Shown here piece by piece: positions 52,701 to 64,000 of a stretch of 64,000 nt of DNA. Within the stretch, counting starts at the first letter, position 1, and the number at the start of each line of letters is the position of its first letter. This stretch comes from Intoshia linei (taxonomy: Eukaryota > Animalia > Orthonectida). Position numbers and translations under genes: made by a program. The stretch lies in the NCBI GenBank assembly GCA_001642005.1, contig LWCA01000021.1, positions 1 to 64,000 of the forward strand. The letters run 5' to 3'. The notes below the pieces were generated by a model, which was not told the DNA's origin, searched no databases, and saw only the letters and a program-made list of their open reading frames with translations.

Positions 52701-55700
52701 TTTCAAGTGGCGTTGAAAAAATATATCGCTAAAAAGGTAGACCAAATTAGTTTGGGAACTCTTGCTCTACATCATTTTTCTACGGACCTTTGGATAAATT
52801 TCGGATTTTAATATTATTATATCAGTTACATGCTGCTGTCGAAATGGTTTAGTCATTTGTACAGCCTAAAACTTAAAGTATGAAATATATATTTACTTAA
52901 CTTATTTTTGACTCTTTATTTTTTAAGTCCTTATTAACGGAATTTATGTTAGCGGAGATTTAATTCAATTCAATCGGATTTATTTTTTCTTAACTAATTT
53001 GTATGAATTAAAAATTCTCTTAATAAAAATGTACCTCTAAATCTCTATAATCTACTTTTAATGCTTATTATAAACAAAAACTCACTTGCCCATTTCATTT
53101 TTTTACTAATTAAAAGTCCATTTATTACGTTTTTTATCAAATTTTTCATGAACACTTAAAAAACTCATAATAATAAGAAATGTGTCAATTTAATGGTTTT
53201 TATTTAAAAAAATTAAATTACGTTAGCAAGCTAGTTACTATGGGATTTTCTTAATTCAAAATTAAGTTAATACGGACTTTGACTATATATTGATAAATTT
53301 TTTTACTTTTAAAACCTGTCATCCAGTGGCCTGGTCTTATTCTTACCGCGGTTTTCAGTTTAGATGTTTTTTAAAATTAGGTCAACAGTAAATTTATAAT
53401 GTCAAGTGTTTTTTTAATTTTTAAGTGTTGGTTATATTTACCATGTAGTGTGTTACTATTAGTAACGTTTTTGAAAATAAGGTGAAGAATAAAATATATT
53501 TTTTTTAATAAACTTTGTAATAAAATAAATTTAATAAAATTTAAAATAATATAATATAATAACTAAATAATTGGTAACAAAAATGAAAAAACTTTTGGAA
53601 ACATGTAAGTTTGAGATGAGAGTTTTCAATTAATTATAAATTAAAACTTTGTTAAATTTAGACGATCAAACTTCCACTAGTGAATGCAGTGAAACCGAAG
53701 AAATTGACGGCAAAATTAAGGAACACAACGGATATTATTGTCGAAACTGTTTCACTATAGGTAGAATAAATAAAACTGAAAATAATGTATAAATTAGTAT
53801 CTAAAAATTGGCACCACTCAGGATTTGATAGAAAATTATTTTGTTTCAAATGCAGAATCTATTTTAAACAATACGGCACAGCCCGTCAAGTTGACGAAAA
53901 TAAATGTGCTCCCCAGAGCTCGGATATATTTGTAACATTAAATGAACAATACCACACACCAAAACGTTATCTGCGGTCACGAAAAGTCCGTAAAGGTAAA
54001 CGAAGAGGTCCTAAAAAGAAGGAAAACTATGCAGAAACGCCTCTTATTGTTCAACCAAAATCGCCAATTTCTAGTACGAGTGTTAGTAGTACAGACGGCA
54101 AGATATCGGAAAATGAAAATTCTAGAGATTTTCCTAAACTTGAATGTGAAGAAACATTGAAAACATATGAAAAAATGGACGTTGTGGATGAAAGGTTAAA
54201 ATATATCTGTAATTCGTCTTTAATTAGTTGTTTCTTTAAAAATATAAACGTGGAATGCAATCCGTATTCAGACAAAAATGATATAACTGACAATGTAAAT
54301 TCAAAAATCCAAGAAATTAAGTTCAATGGAGTTAAAATGAAGGACCAAAAGGAAAACATTAAAATTGAAACAAAAAGCATTGATAATGGAAATGCATCTA
54401 AAACTGAACAAAAAAAAATAAAACTTGATAAATCAAATGATTTGAAAGCAAAAATTAAAAAGTCTGAAACTGTGGATAATGTGGAAAAATCTGATAAATT
54501 AAATAAATGTATAGAGATGGAAACTGACAAATTATCAAATGTAAAATTTAATATTGATATTGAAATGAAACCTGTTACCAGTAAAAGCGTTGCAAATGCA
54601 AACATTGGTGAAAAATTTGATATTAAACGAAATGTGCAACGTTCAAAAACCCCTCCTTTAACACCCAATGTCCACAAAAAGGATAAAGTCGATGCTAATG
54701 AAACTGCTTTAAATTTAGTTATTAAAAATAAATGTACCAAAAAACAAAAGATGGATAAATTTGAATATGATGTCAAAAATTTTAAACGGACTAAACTCAA
54801 AATTTATAAGTCTAAACATTCTGCGTAAGTTTAATATTTTTTATTTTGAAAAATTTAAAATACAAATTGTAATTAATTTTCGTTTAGATTCCATCTAATT
54901 CGCAACATTACAAACCAAAGCGATACGTCATGTTGTCGAACCGATGTGTATTTTCAAGGAAATGAAAAAATTAATCACGTTTTGAACTCTCAAAAAACAA
55001 ATACCGAGTTAATGTACGCTGTAAAGGTAATGTATTGAACTCTAATTATAACGTGTAAAATTACGAATTATAATGTTATTTTTAGGATAAAAATGAAACC
55101 GAACTTCAACGATCTAATCAAATGTCTATTATGACGCCGGGGAATCAATCCAACACTTCACTGAATAATATCAATCAAAAGGGAAATGCAGCGACATTAA
55201 ATTATTACAATCAATTGGCAATGAAAATTCTTGAATCAAAGGATGGAATGAATCCGGGACCTGCCCCAAGAAAAACACATTTGAATTATTACATGAAAAA
55301 CAAGAATGATGAAAAATTGGAGTAATTTTCCCATTGTCAAATTTAATTTAAATTTAGAATGTATTACAAAAGTCTAATGACAAATAATCCAAATAATCCA
55401 ATTAATTGTAATTTATTCATTCAATTGTTTATAAAAATGTTTAGACGGCAATTATAATTCTTCGGTTGGTGATTACAAAAGCCAGGTAATGGGATTACCC
55501 GAAAAAAGCAAATCTGCTGTACCTTTTATGCAACCTATGGATTATTTGCACAAAAAAGATTTGAAAATGGCTACAGATCAGAACATATTGAAAGGAACAG
55601 AACAAACTAATTTTAATCCCTTTATTCACAATATGATGAATAAACCTGATAATTTCTACCACCCGGGTCGCATGGATCCAAGATACGCAAATAGCATTCC

Positions 55701-56076
55701 CAATATTATGAACCCTCAGTACAACAACATGCAAATGCAAAATCAATTTCCAATCAATGTCAATCTTTTGAAAAACGACAATCAAAATTATGCCAATAAT
55801 CAAACTCACAGTTCAAATAAACTAATGACTGACTATCTTAAAGCTATTCAAACTCAAAATATGCAATTTCCAGTATATCCTAGTCAATCTCAAAATTTAA
55901 ACCAAAACCCAACTACAAGTCAAAACCTCACCCAAAATCAAAATGAAGCTTACTGTCAATATATATTAAGTCAAATGAAAGAATTTGAAAACCAACCTAA
56001 AAATTTTGTCAGCATGTCGGATTTAGCAAATTACCTCAACATGCGCAATAAAGACAAAAAGTACAATTATAAATGA
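43701..56076 (+). CDS. RERE: RERE/Atrophin corepressor (BAH, ELM2, SANT, GATA-type zinc finger, atrophin region)
   Basis: Exons ~43701/43737-44091, 44209-44279 (GDNIYIDIKRPECPYKIC), 44330-44373, 50087-50145, 50185-50272 (HRELFF), 51123-51588 (YNTETKRL..GQVRIGKSQQADIP), 52027-52333 (WSLEDVKKFEKGIRQYGKDFFRI..LIEYYYYWKK), 53662-53760 (YCRNC), 53798-54824 (SKNWHH..CFKCRIYFKQYG), 54888-55026 (SCCRTDVYF), 55086-55321, 55358-55407 and 55445-56076. The phases I checked are consistent; the true start is uncertain. Confidence 0.93.
52408..52764. mobile_element. hAT MITE (RERE intron)
   Basis: CAGGGATTCTTAAA ... TTTGGGAACTCTTG; TSD CTCTAGAT/CTCTACAT. Related to the 40704 element in reverse. Confidence 0.8.
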
Positions 56077-56355
56077 TCCCATTCCCTCAATCATTATTGT
56101 ACATTTCTTGAGCCATTTTTATGTTTAAGTTTAATTTGATTGTAACATAATAGTGTAATTTACATTTTTTAAATAAAATCATACTTAATTTTGTTTTAAT
56201 TTTTTAATCAATTTTTTTTACGTTGGATTGAACCTAGTACATTATGGATATATCGATTTTAAATTTTAATGTAAATAAGACTTAGTAGTGTATATTTAAT
56301 GAGTTAATCAATGCAATACGAGTGAAATATTACAATTTTCATTTTTTTAAATAAA

Positions 56356-56724
56356 ATGAACAATTCCAAGTGTATCGACAATTCTTTGTTATCACGGGAC
56401 TATTCAGTTTACGGGTCACCGGTTCCTACTCAAGGTGACGAAAATATGGACAGAATGACTAGTTTCAAATCGGGACCTTCAATAAGTATTCAAACCGAAA
56501 GTGACGACGTTTCAAAAGTTGACGCTACCAAAAGTGACACTGAAATACCAAGTGAATCTAAGAGACGCTTTACGTATTCTAACCAAGAAACTATTACTAC
56601 CAAGACATCGTCTATCAAAGGAATAGGCAAAAGTTTAACCATTGATGCTTCCGTTAAATTACAAGTACAGGAAAATGGAAGAATTGTCGCGCACAATTTA
56701 ATTAGCAAGGAACGAAAAAAATAA
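56356..56724 (+). CDS. Single-exon orphan ORF, 122 aa, Ser/Thr-rich
   Basis: AAAATG context like other genes here, coding-like GC content well above the flanks, and an intact frame. No family recognised. Confidence 0.6.
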   Translation: MNNSKCIDNSLLSRDYSVYGSPVPTQGDENMDRMTSFKSGPSISIQTESDDVSKVDATKSDTEIPSESKRRFTYSNQETITTKTSSIKGIGKSLTIDASVKLQVQENGRIVAHNLISKERKK

Positions 56725-56760
56725 CAAAGAAATATATGTAACAATAAAAAGTTTAAATGG

Positions 56761-59700
56761 TTACATTTTTTTTAAATTATCAGTAATTGTGTCTTGTAGA
56801 TTTGACACGCAGATAATGTAATTATTCATTGCTTCAATAAATCTATTTTTATATTGTTCCGGTTCAATTATGGTGGGTTCTAAATTAAAGGATTTAGATT
56901 TACAACATGTAAGAATACGTTCATTTCCGCTGATTGTAAAAGTCGATTTCAGGACATTTTCCATCCGTTTGGGCCAAGTATAAAGACCAATATAATCTTA
57001 CATGTTATTTATGTATTAATATTAAAAGTACCTACTATTCCTATGGACAAAATATTTTTTTGAGGGTTTATTCCCAATAGAAAGGAATAGTCAATTATAG
57101 ATTGACTTAGGAAAAAATCTGTATCGCCTTTGAGGGCTTTATCTAGTTTTTTTTTCGTTTCTTTATCAATATAAATGGGATTACGAATGCCGTCTAAAAA
57201 TTCAAGTATAATGGAAAAGTTTGCCAATAGACTTTAATCTGTCAACTCATACATTTCGAGAACATTCAAGTGTATATAATTATATACATCCATTATTGAT
57301 TAAATTAAATCATCAATAAACATTTTCAACTGAAAGGACTCAAAATAACTAATGTAATGACTAGGTTATTTACCCTGGGGAAATTTAATATATATTATTA
57401 TGAATTTCGATTGCAATTGTCAAAATAAATTTATAGCCAACAATGCTTATTATACTTAAGTAACATTATTTTAATTAGTAATGTTAACAGTCATCTAATG
57501 CTAACATTAACTTTTATTCAATTTGCATAGTGTAAATTGGAAAACATAATTTTAGAGATTCTGTTGCAGTTGGAGGGATTATAGTTGAGTAAATTTTGAT
57601 TACAAATTCGAAATTTACCAACCTTAAATTTTTAACAAATTTTGTAAATCAAATTTTCGCAGTTAAAAAAATATAATAATTGCATGTTATGTTTGTAAGT
57701 CAATGTAAAGTTTTAGTTAAAGCAGGGGTTCTCTACGTGGGCCACAGAAAATTTTCAACATTAAAAAAAATTTGGTGTATTAAGCCATAAAATTGCTAAC
57801 CAAAACAAAATCTATAAATGCATAATGAATTTGAAATATAAATTTGGAATTATGGTTTACAGATCTTCAAAACTTTGAACCAAATGATGCAACCAGTCCT
57901 GAACTAACTGAAAAACTCTTGGACTTAAAAGAAGATTTGAAATTAGTAAGACGAATAGAACAGGAAGGTGTATTTTGATTTATGGGAATTCAAGAATCAA
58001 ATCCAACTGTGTTTGATTATGTTCAACCATACATTATTGCTTTTCCTACAACATGGCTTGTAGAAGCTAGATTTTCAGCAGTAGTCAATATTTTTAGTAA
58101 GAAGAGGTCAAAATTGGATGTGAATAACCGAGTAATAATGCGATTAAGATTGAATAAACTAATAGAAATTGATTACAATTCATTGTGCAACAAACACCAT
58201 CCCAAGGCAGTCACTAACTAGTATAAATTTAAATTTAAATTTAATTGTTGATTATTATTTTTTAATACTTTTCTTGATACTTCAAAATTTAAATAAAGGT
58301 AAATAAATAAAAGTAGATATTTTAAGGTTTTTTAAGGAGGGCCATGGCCTAAAAAAGGTTGAGAACCGCTGAGTTAAAGTATAAACTTTTGTATTGTGCC
58401 ATGTAACTAAACCCTAATAAATGTAAATAATTTTATTTAAAGGTTTTGTAAAAAATGATATGTGTATTAATAATAAAATTACATTCAGTAAAATTTTGAT
58501 CCAAAAGCACGTTTTGTTGAGAATTATTATCAAGAGTAGCATCCAAATTATATTTTGCAAATCTATTTCGCTTCGAACCTTTTAAATCAAATATCTATAA
58601 TAAACCAATAAAAAATTATTATTAGTTGATATTTGCATAGTGTTTAAATTAGTTTGAGGGTAAAAATAAATTTTTTTATAAAATTTTGACAGATTCGAGG
58701 TAAAAACTAATGAACCCTGAACGGGGCACTTTTCCAGTTATTCGTTGCATGTACCTGACCATAAATTTTTTTTTTGATTACAATTAGCAAATCATGACCA
58801 GTATCCCCTCTAATCTGGGGATATATCACTAAATGCATATACACAGTCTGATATGGGACGTTTCAGAAAAACCAAGAAAATATCGGAACTATAATTATTC
58901 TCACGGGCCATTTCAATCCAACATCCAATAATATATATATTAAATAATTTTTTAAATTTGTTTTCATAAATATCCTGAGTCATATAAAGTAAAAGTTGCT
59001 AAAAATGTGTCTGTTTGAGAATTCTTTGATACAAAAAAGTGTCCCACGAGATTCAAAAATTCGCCGATCCCTGATGCATATTGTTAAATGAGTACCAATA
59101 TAAAATTTAAGTAAAAAAATAAAAGAAATAAACAAATTGAAACTTTTTCAATTTTTAGAAAATTAATTGTCTATCCCTACTCATTGCAGGACACTAATCC
59201 ATAATACATATTATTAAATAATAATGTAGAATATTAAATCAACCTTTGAAATATTTTGATTATAAAAGACATTTTCTAATATGATAACGTATTCATTGTA
59301 ATATGGCTTCGACATAATATCATTTGGTTTGATTTTAACTTTAAAAATCCCCAATATTAATGAAATGCACGTATTCAGCTAAATGACCAATATCAACAAA
59401 TGTAAACACTATAAAATACATGAATGACGTATCACCGTTTGGGGCAATAGATAAAATAGATTATTTAAAGATAATAAATAAAAATAGTTTTTTATTTTTT
59501 TCATTTTAACAATTATAAAAATTAAACCTACTTTATTAACCGTACTCGGTAAAATAAATTATAAAGAAACTCTAAAAAATACACGATAGTAATGTAAAAC
59601 TTACAATTTTTTTCTAGTTAATTGTAAAAATTTACTATCATTAGTAAAGAATCATTAATAATCCCAAATGATGAATAATCCTACCATAAATAAACAATGA

Positions 59701-62700
59701 CTCACCAAAGTACACATATAGATAGAACCGAACCTAACGTACTTAGACAAAATTTTGTACAATGGAGACATCGTTTTCCAAATAAAAAATATATCATAAC
59801 TGTTTTGTAGGTCACAGTGGAATTTTCAAGGCCAGACCCGTAAAATGATGATGTGGCTAGGAAACTAAAATTGTTTTAAGGCCTATTTTTGATTTCAAGA
59901 GGGGCGTGCATAATAAGTTAGGCTGTGCACTGCACATAAACACTGAATTTTTAAGTTTATAAATTGGATCATTATTGACATCAGCAAAAATGTATTTTAT
60001 TCCTGACATATAACATTTTAAATAAAATGCATACATGTAACCAGAACCGAACCTATCAAGCTTGAAACAACCAGAAAATGAAAAGTAAGAATCTAAAAAT
60101 TTTTATCAGACAATCCGTAGTGTTATATAGCCCCTAGCTACCACTCTAAGGAGCTAGACTAGACATCTTAATACCACACACAAAATAGTTATGATATTAA
60201 AGAATATCATTTTTTTAATGTAAATGATTTTTAATTTGGGGAAATCAGGCCTGTAATTAATAAAAATTTTGTCGAGGTCCCCTCGAAGAGGATATTGGTA
60301 TAGTAGGTTCGGCACTGCATGTAATATATATGCATTTGCAAAATATACTTTTTTAGTGCATGGAATTTGAATTTTGTTTGAGAACACTCAATACAATAAA
60401 TCATTATAATGCTTTTTAGTAATTAAAAAAGCTTTGAAATGAATCGTATATATTGAAAGGTAAAAATATAATTTTAAACAATTCGAATACCCGTGTAATG
60501 TATAAATTACATAATGAAATATAAACATTATTTTGGATGATATCGAGTACATATTCAAAATATTTTTTGGAAATGTGGCCAAATTTTTCAACATCACTAC
60601 TAGGTATATATTTGAGCACAAATCGATTATCTAAATGGATACTAAAACAAATAAAATATTAAATAAATATCCTAGATCAGTGGTTCTCAACCTAATCTCA
60701 AAGTGAAATTTTTTCCTTATGAGACTCATGAGCCATTACTGAGATTTCAAGAAAAATAAGTTCAGTAAGTTACCATGAAATGGAGTAAATCTCGTGAAAC
60801 ACATATTGAGAATAACGAAAACGACGGTAAATAATATAAAATAACAAAAACTTGAGATAATTACATATTTATTACAAAATAAAAGAGTAAAATAATACCA
60901 TGAGTAATAAAAAATTTTGAACCAGATTTTCCTCCACTAGCTTTTAATAAACTTGACTGTATTAATGAAAATATGAAACTAAAATATTATACAATATTAT
61001 ATACAAATTTAGAATAGACAAAGTTTAAAAAATTTATAATTTCATTCTATAATGTAATTAATTTCCAAATACACATGTAATAATCCAAATGTACAATGTA
61101 ATCTTACAAATATGCGCTAATTCAAAAACTTTTATTTGTGTTTTATTTTTTTTAAAAAAATAAAATTAAAAGTATCTTAAACTTAAAATTTATATTAATT
61201 ATGTATAATGAATTTGTCATAAATAAGGTAGAGTAAAATAAATTATATTGGAATCCCGAATCATAACAACTAAAAAAGTGTCGATTCTACAAAATGAATT
61301 AAATTATAAACAATTAAATTACTTTTCATGATAAAGTGATTTTAATTTTCTGAGATTTGCAAAATTATTAGCAAAATATACAATGACACAATATGTAAAC
61401 TTTGAATTATAAAAATCTAAAAAATATAATAAACCAACAGTTCCCAAAGGTATAAAAAACATGGACCTCCCATTCAATAAAACATGTTTGGAAATGTAAG
61501 GCTATGTAATAGTATGGTAAACTTTTTTGTACTTAGTTTTATAAAATTTGTACTGAGTACTTTATAAAAATATTTTATTAGATTTTGCAGAATTGTCAGA
61601 TGTTGAGATTTTTTTGAAAGATCCGAAAAATTCTCTACACAAATGTTAAAAAACAAAATTAAGATGGAATAATTCAATTTAAAGTAAAAAGTAATGTGAT
61701 ATATCGGTTCCACTTCAAACAAGTTTGGGAACCACTCTTTTAAAGGATTGATAATAGTGAATAGTAGAATTTTTAAGTTAGATTTTCAAAGTGAATTTAT
61801 TTTTTTGGTAGAATAAAAATGTGCACTCGGCAGAGCTAGGTGCTGTTTGTACGTAGTACATAACTTTAAACAGTCAACCTAGTTTATATATAATTAAAAT
61901 ATTCACAAATTGTCAATATAAACTATTTTGATTGATTTTCAGTATTATTTTGTATGGTAAATACAAACAAAATAACAATTACCAATTTCTTTGTGTAATT
62001 GTTTATCTAAACAAATATATATTTTAATAAATATCTTTAAGTCAACAAAAACTTTTAATAAAATAATAATAATTAATAATACATTACTATTTGACACAAG
62101 CAAATAAGAATGACTAAATATATAAATAAAAAATATATTAAAACTACAAACGTTTCAAACAAATCTAAAGCACAGGCCGCAACAGTAGAAATTTCATCAT
62201 TCTTTAAAATTATTGAGAGTTTTATCATTTGCTTTTTAAAAATAAAATTGTGTTGTTTCGTTCTACCATAAAAATAACGTAAATAATTAAAATTATAATT
62301 ATAATTACACAGTACACTTTTCTTTATATTAATTAATTAAAAAATTACGTAGAAAGTAAAATTGATCCTTCCTCAACAAATTTCAATAAATTCGAATCTA
62401 AAAAAAATAAAAAATTAAGACACTGAAAATATTAAATTTAATATCCATCAATAAAAAAATTACCATCAATTTTCAACACAATTTGAGACTGTATAAAATC
62501 TTGCAATTTATTTTCTTTTATACTAAAAATGTGTAAATAAAAAAAATTAAAAAGATGAAAAAATTACCAATGATTAAAATTACAAATACTATTACTAATA
62601 TCTATTTCGATCGACACATTTTCAAAGTATTTTTTATACAAATTTTCAGAGTTTGCTGTATAAATATAAGAAATAAATAAAATTTAGATAAAATTTTACA

Positions 62701-63785
62701 TTTAAAAATTTGATCAAAATTAAGCAAATTTGAATCAAAGTTTAATAAATTGCAATAATTTAAAAACTTATTCTAAATAAAAATTAAATATTAAAAATTA
62801 AAAAATATGTAATAAAATTACATAAAAATTATCCCAATCACAAAAAAATGTTGCAGGAATAGTTAATGGGTACATCATTAATGATTTATTGAACAAAACG
62901 AAGAGTTTTTTATAGTTTAGTAATCTAAACATTACATTTAGTTATAACAGTTAATATCATCGTTAATAAAGGACTGCCAAATCTTTTTAGTCGTGAACCT
63001 TACTTGCCATATAGAAATCCAAAACTCAAAAAATTGTAAAGACATTAAATAATGTGTATTTAAATTTTTTTCATTTACCCTACCGGTCTACACCGACTAC
63101 ATTGGTTGCCCTGCATAGAAAAAATTTGTTTTTTTATATTTACATTTGTTCTACATGTGTTTGATAATTAACAAGGTATTTATGTACATATTCAGAATGG
63201 TAATTTTTGTTTAATTTAGAGTAAATATTTGTGGGGTAATTTATTTTAAAATATTTAAAGCTTTGACATCTAAAATAAACATTTTATCAACAAGATTCAT
63301 ATCTATTTATGCTATATCATAATAATTTAGTAATTAAAAAGAAAATACTTAAAAGCAAGACATTTTTCTTTATAAATAAATCCAAACTCTTTGTTGTTTA
63401 TGTTAAAATCTTGACAGTCACATGCAAAAATGAAACTATCAGTATTATATGAGAGCTAAACATTGAATTTACATAATTATAACCAAAATATAAATTGTAA
63501 TAGTTATTTACAATACTAGATTAGAGGTCATTATATATTTCTGCAATATATAAAATAATAATAATATTATAATCTTCCCCCTAAAATTTAAAGAATACGT
63601 TTCCTCATAGTCCACTTTTTAAAGTTTTTAAAGGGTTGCGTGATATTAAGATGTACAGAATCATTGTTGTATTTAATTGTTAATACATTATAGATTAGTA
63701 AATCAATAAATTACAATTTGAATAAATCGTGGTAGTGGTAAATATAATACATAATCAGATGAACGAGATATGGTACAACTCTAAA
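56761..63785 (-). CDS. PIKFYVE: Fab1/PIKfyve-type phosphatidylinositol 3-phosphate 5-kinase; 5' part probably beyond the window
   Basis: Exons encode KASGGKSGSKFFITH (~60955-60900), DNRFVLKYI (~60630-60525), LILGIFKV..ILENVFY (~59378-59244), IFDLKGSKRNR..VLLDQNF (~58595-58483), DTDFFLSQSIIDYSFLLG..IGIV (~57210-57032) and DYIGLYTWPKRME..PTIIEPEQYKNRF. Upstream exon candidates near 61330, 62200-62920, 63350-63455 and 63720-63780. Confidence 0.88.
57723..58371 (+). mobile_element. Internally deleted Buster-type hAT element with transposase C-terminal relic
   Basis: TIRs CAGGGGTTCTC / GAGAACCGCTG; perfect TSD AGTTAAAG. ORF 57982-58221 has IAFPTTWLVEARFSAVV..KKRSKLD..MRLRL (ZBED5/SCAND3-like). 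Confidence 0.9.
60042..60317. mobile_element. hAT MITE family A (PIKfyve intron)
   Basis: CAGAACCGAACCTA ... TAGGTTCGGCACTG; TSD CATGTAAC/CATGTAAT. Confidence 0.85.
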
Positions 63786-64000
63786 TAAATAATATAAAAA
63801 TAAAAACTATACACCAAGGATCGGCGTTTTTGACTAATATTATAATTATAATGCTAATAATAATATTATTTTTTAATTTAATCATAATGTAAATAATAAT
63901 TAGAATAAATTTTTTGTGGTGGTTAAGATTTAAACTTAAATTTAATAAACATACTTTTGAACATCCTTTACAAACTTTAATGTAATAAATGTGGCCGTCA

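Noticed and set aside
54051-54800. 249-aa minus-strand ORF
   Set aside because: It is the antisense shadow of the K/E/N-rich RERE exon; its F/L/S composition is expected from that.

Overview
AT-rich (roughly 75-80% by eye) eukaryotic, almost certainly metazoan, genomic DNA. It has many spliceosomal introns (the smallest 34-40 nt) and strongly diverged proteins. This resembles a compact parasite genome such as an orthonectid (inference only). By splicing exons manually I recover seven multi-exon genes, most of them invisible or fragmentary in the ORF track: an NAE1/APPBP1-like NEDD8 E1 regulatory subunit (+), an invertebrate claudin of the pickel/Megatrachea type (-), XRRA1 (+), V-ATPase subunit C (-), CCDC12/Cwf18 (-), RERE/Atrophin (+) and a 5'-truncated Fab1/PIKfyve kinase (-). 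There is also one single-exon orphan ORF. Long introns and intergenic DNA are filled with non-autonomous DNA transposons: several hAT MITE families with 8-bp TSDs, hAT transposase relics, a MULE relic with a SWIM finger and 9-bp TSD, a Lep1/Helitron-like repeat and a foldback element. I see no rRNA, tRNA or CRISPR. The most notable oddities are an out-of-frame start codon in V-ATPase C, a missing NAE1 C-terminus, a perfect 107-bp inverted repeat, GC-rich hairpins upstream of RERE and the orphan ORF. All exon coordinates were derived by hand and may be off by a few bases.
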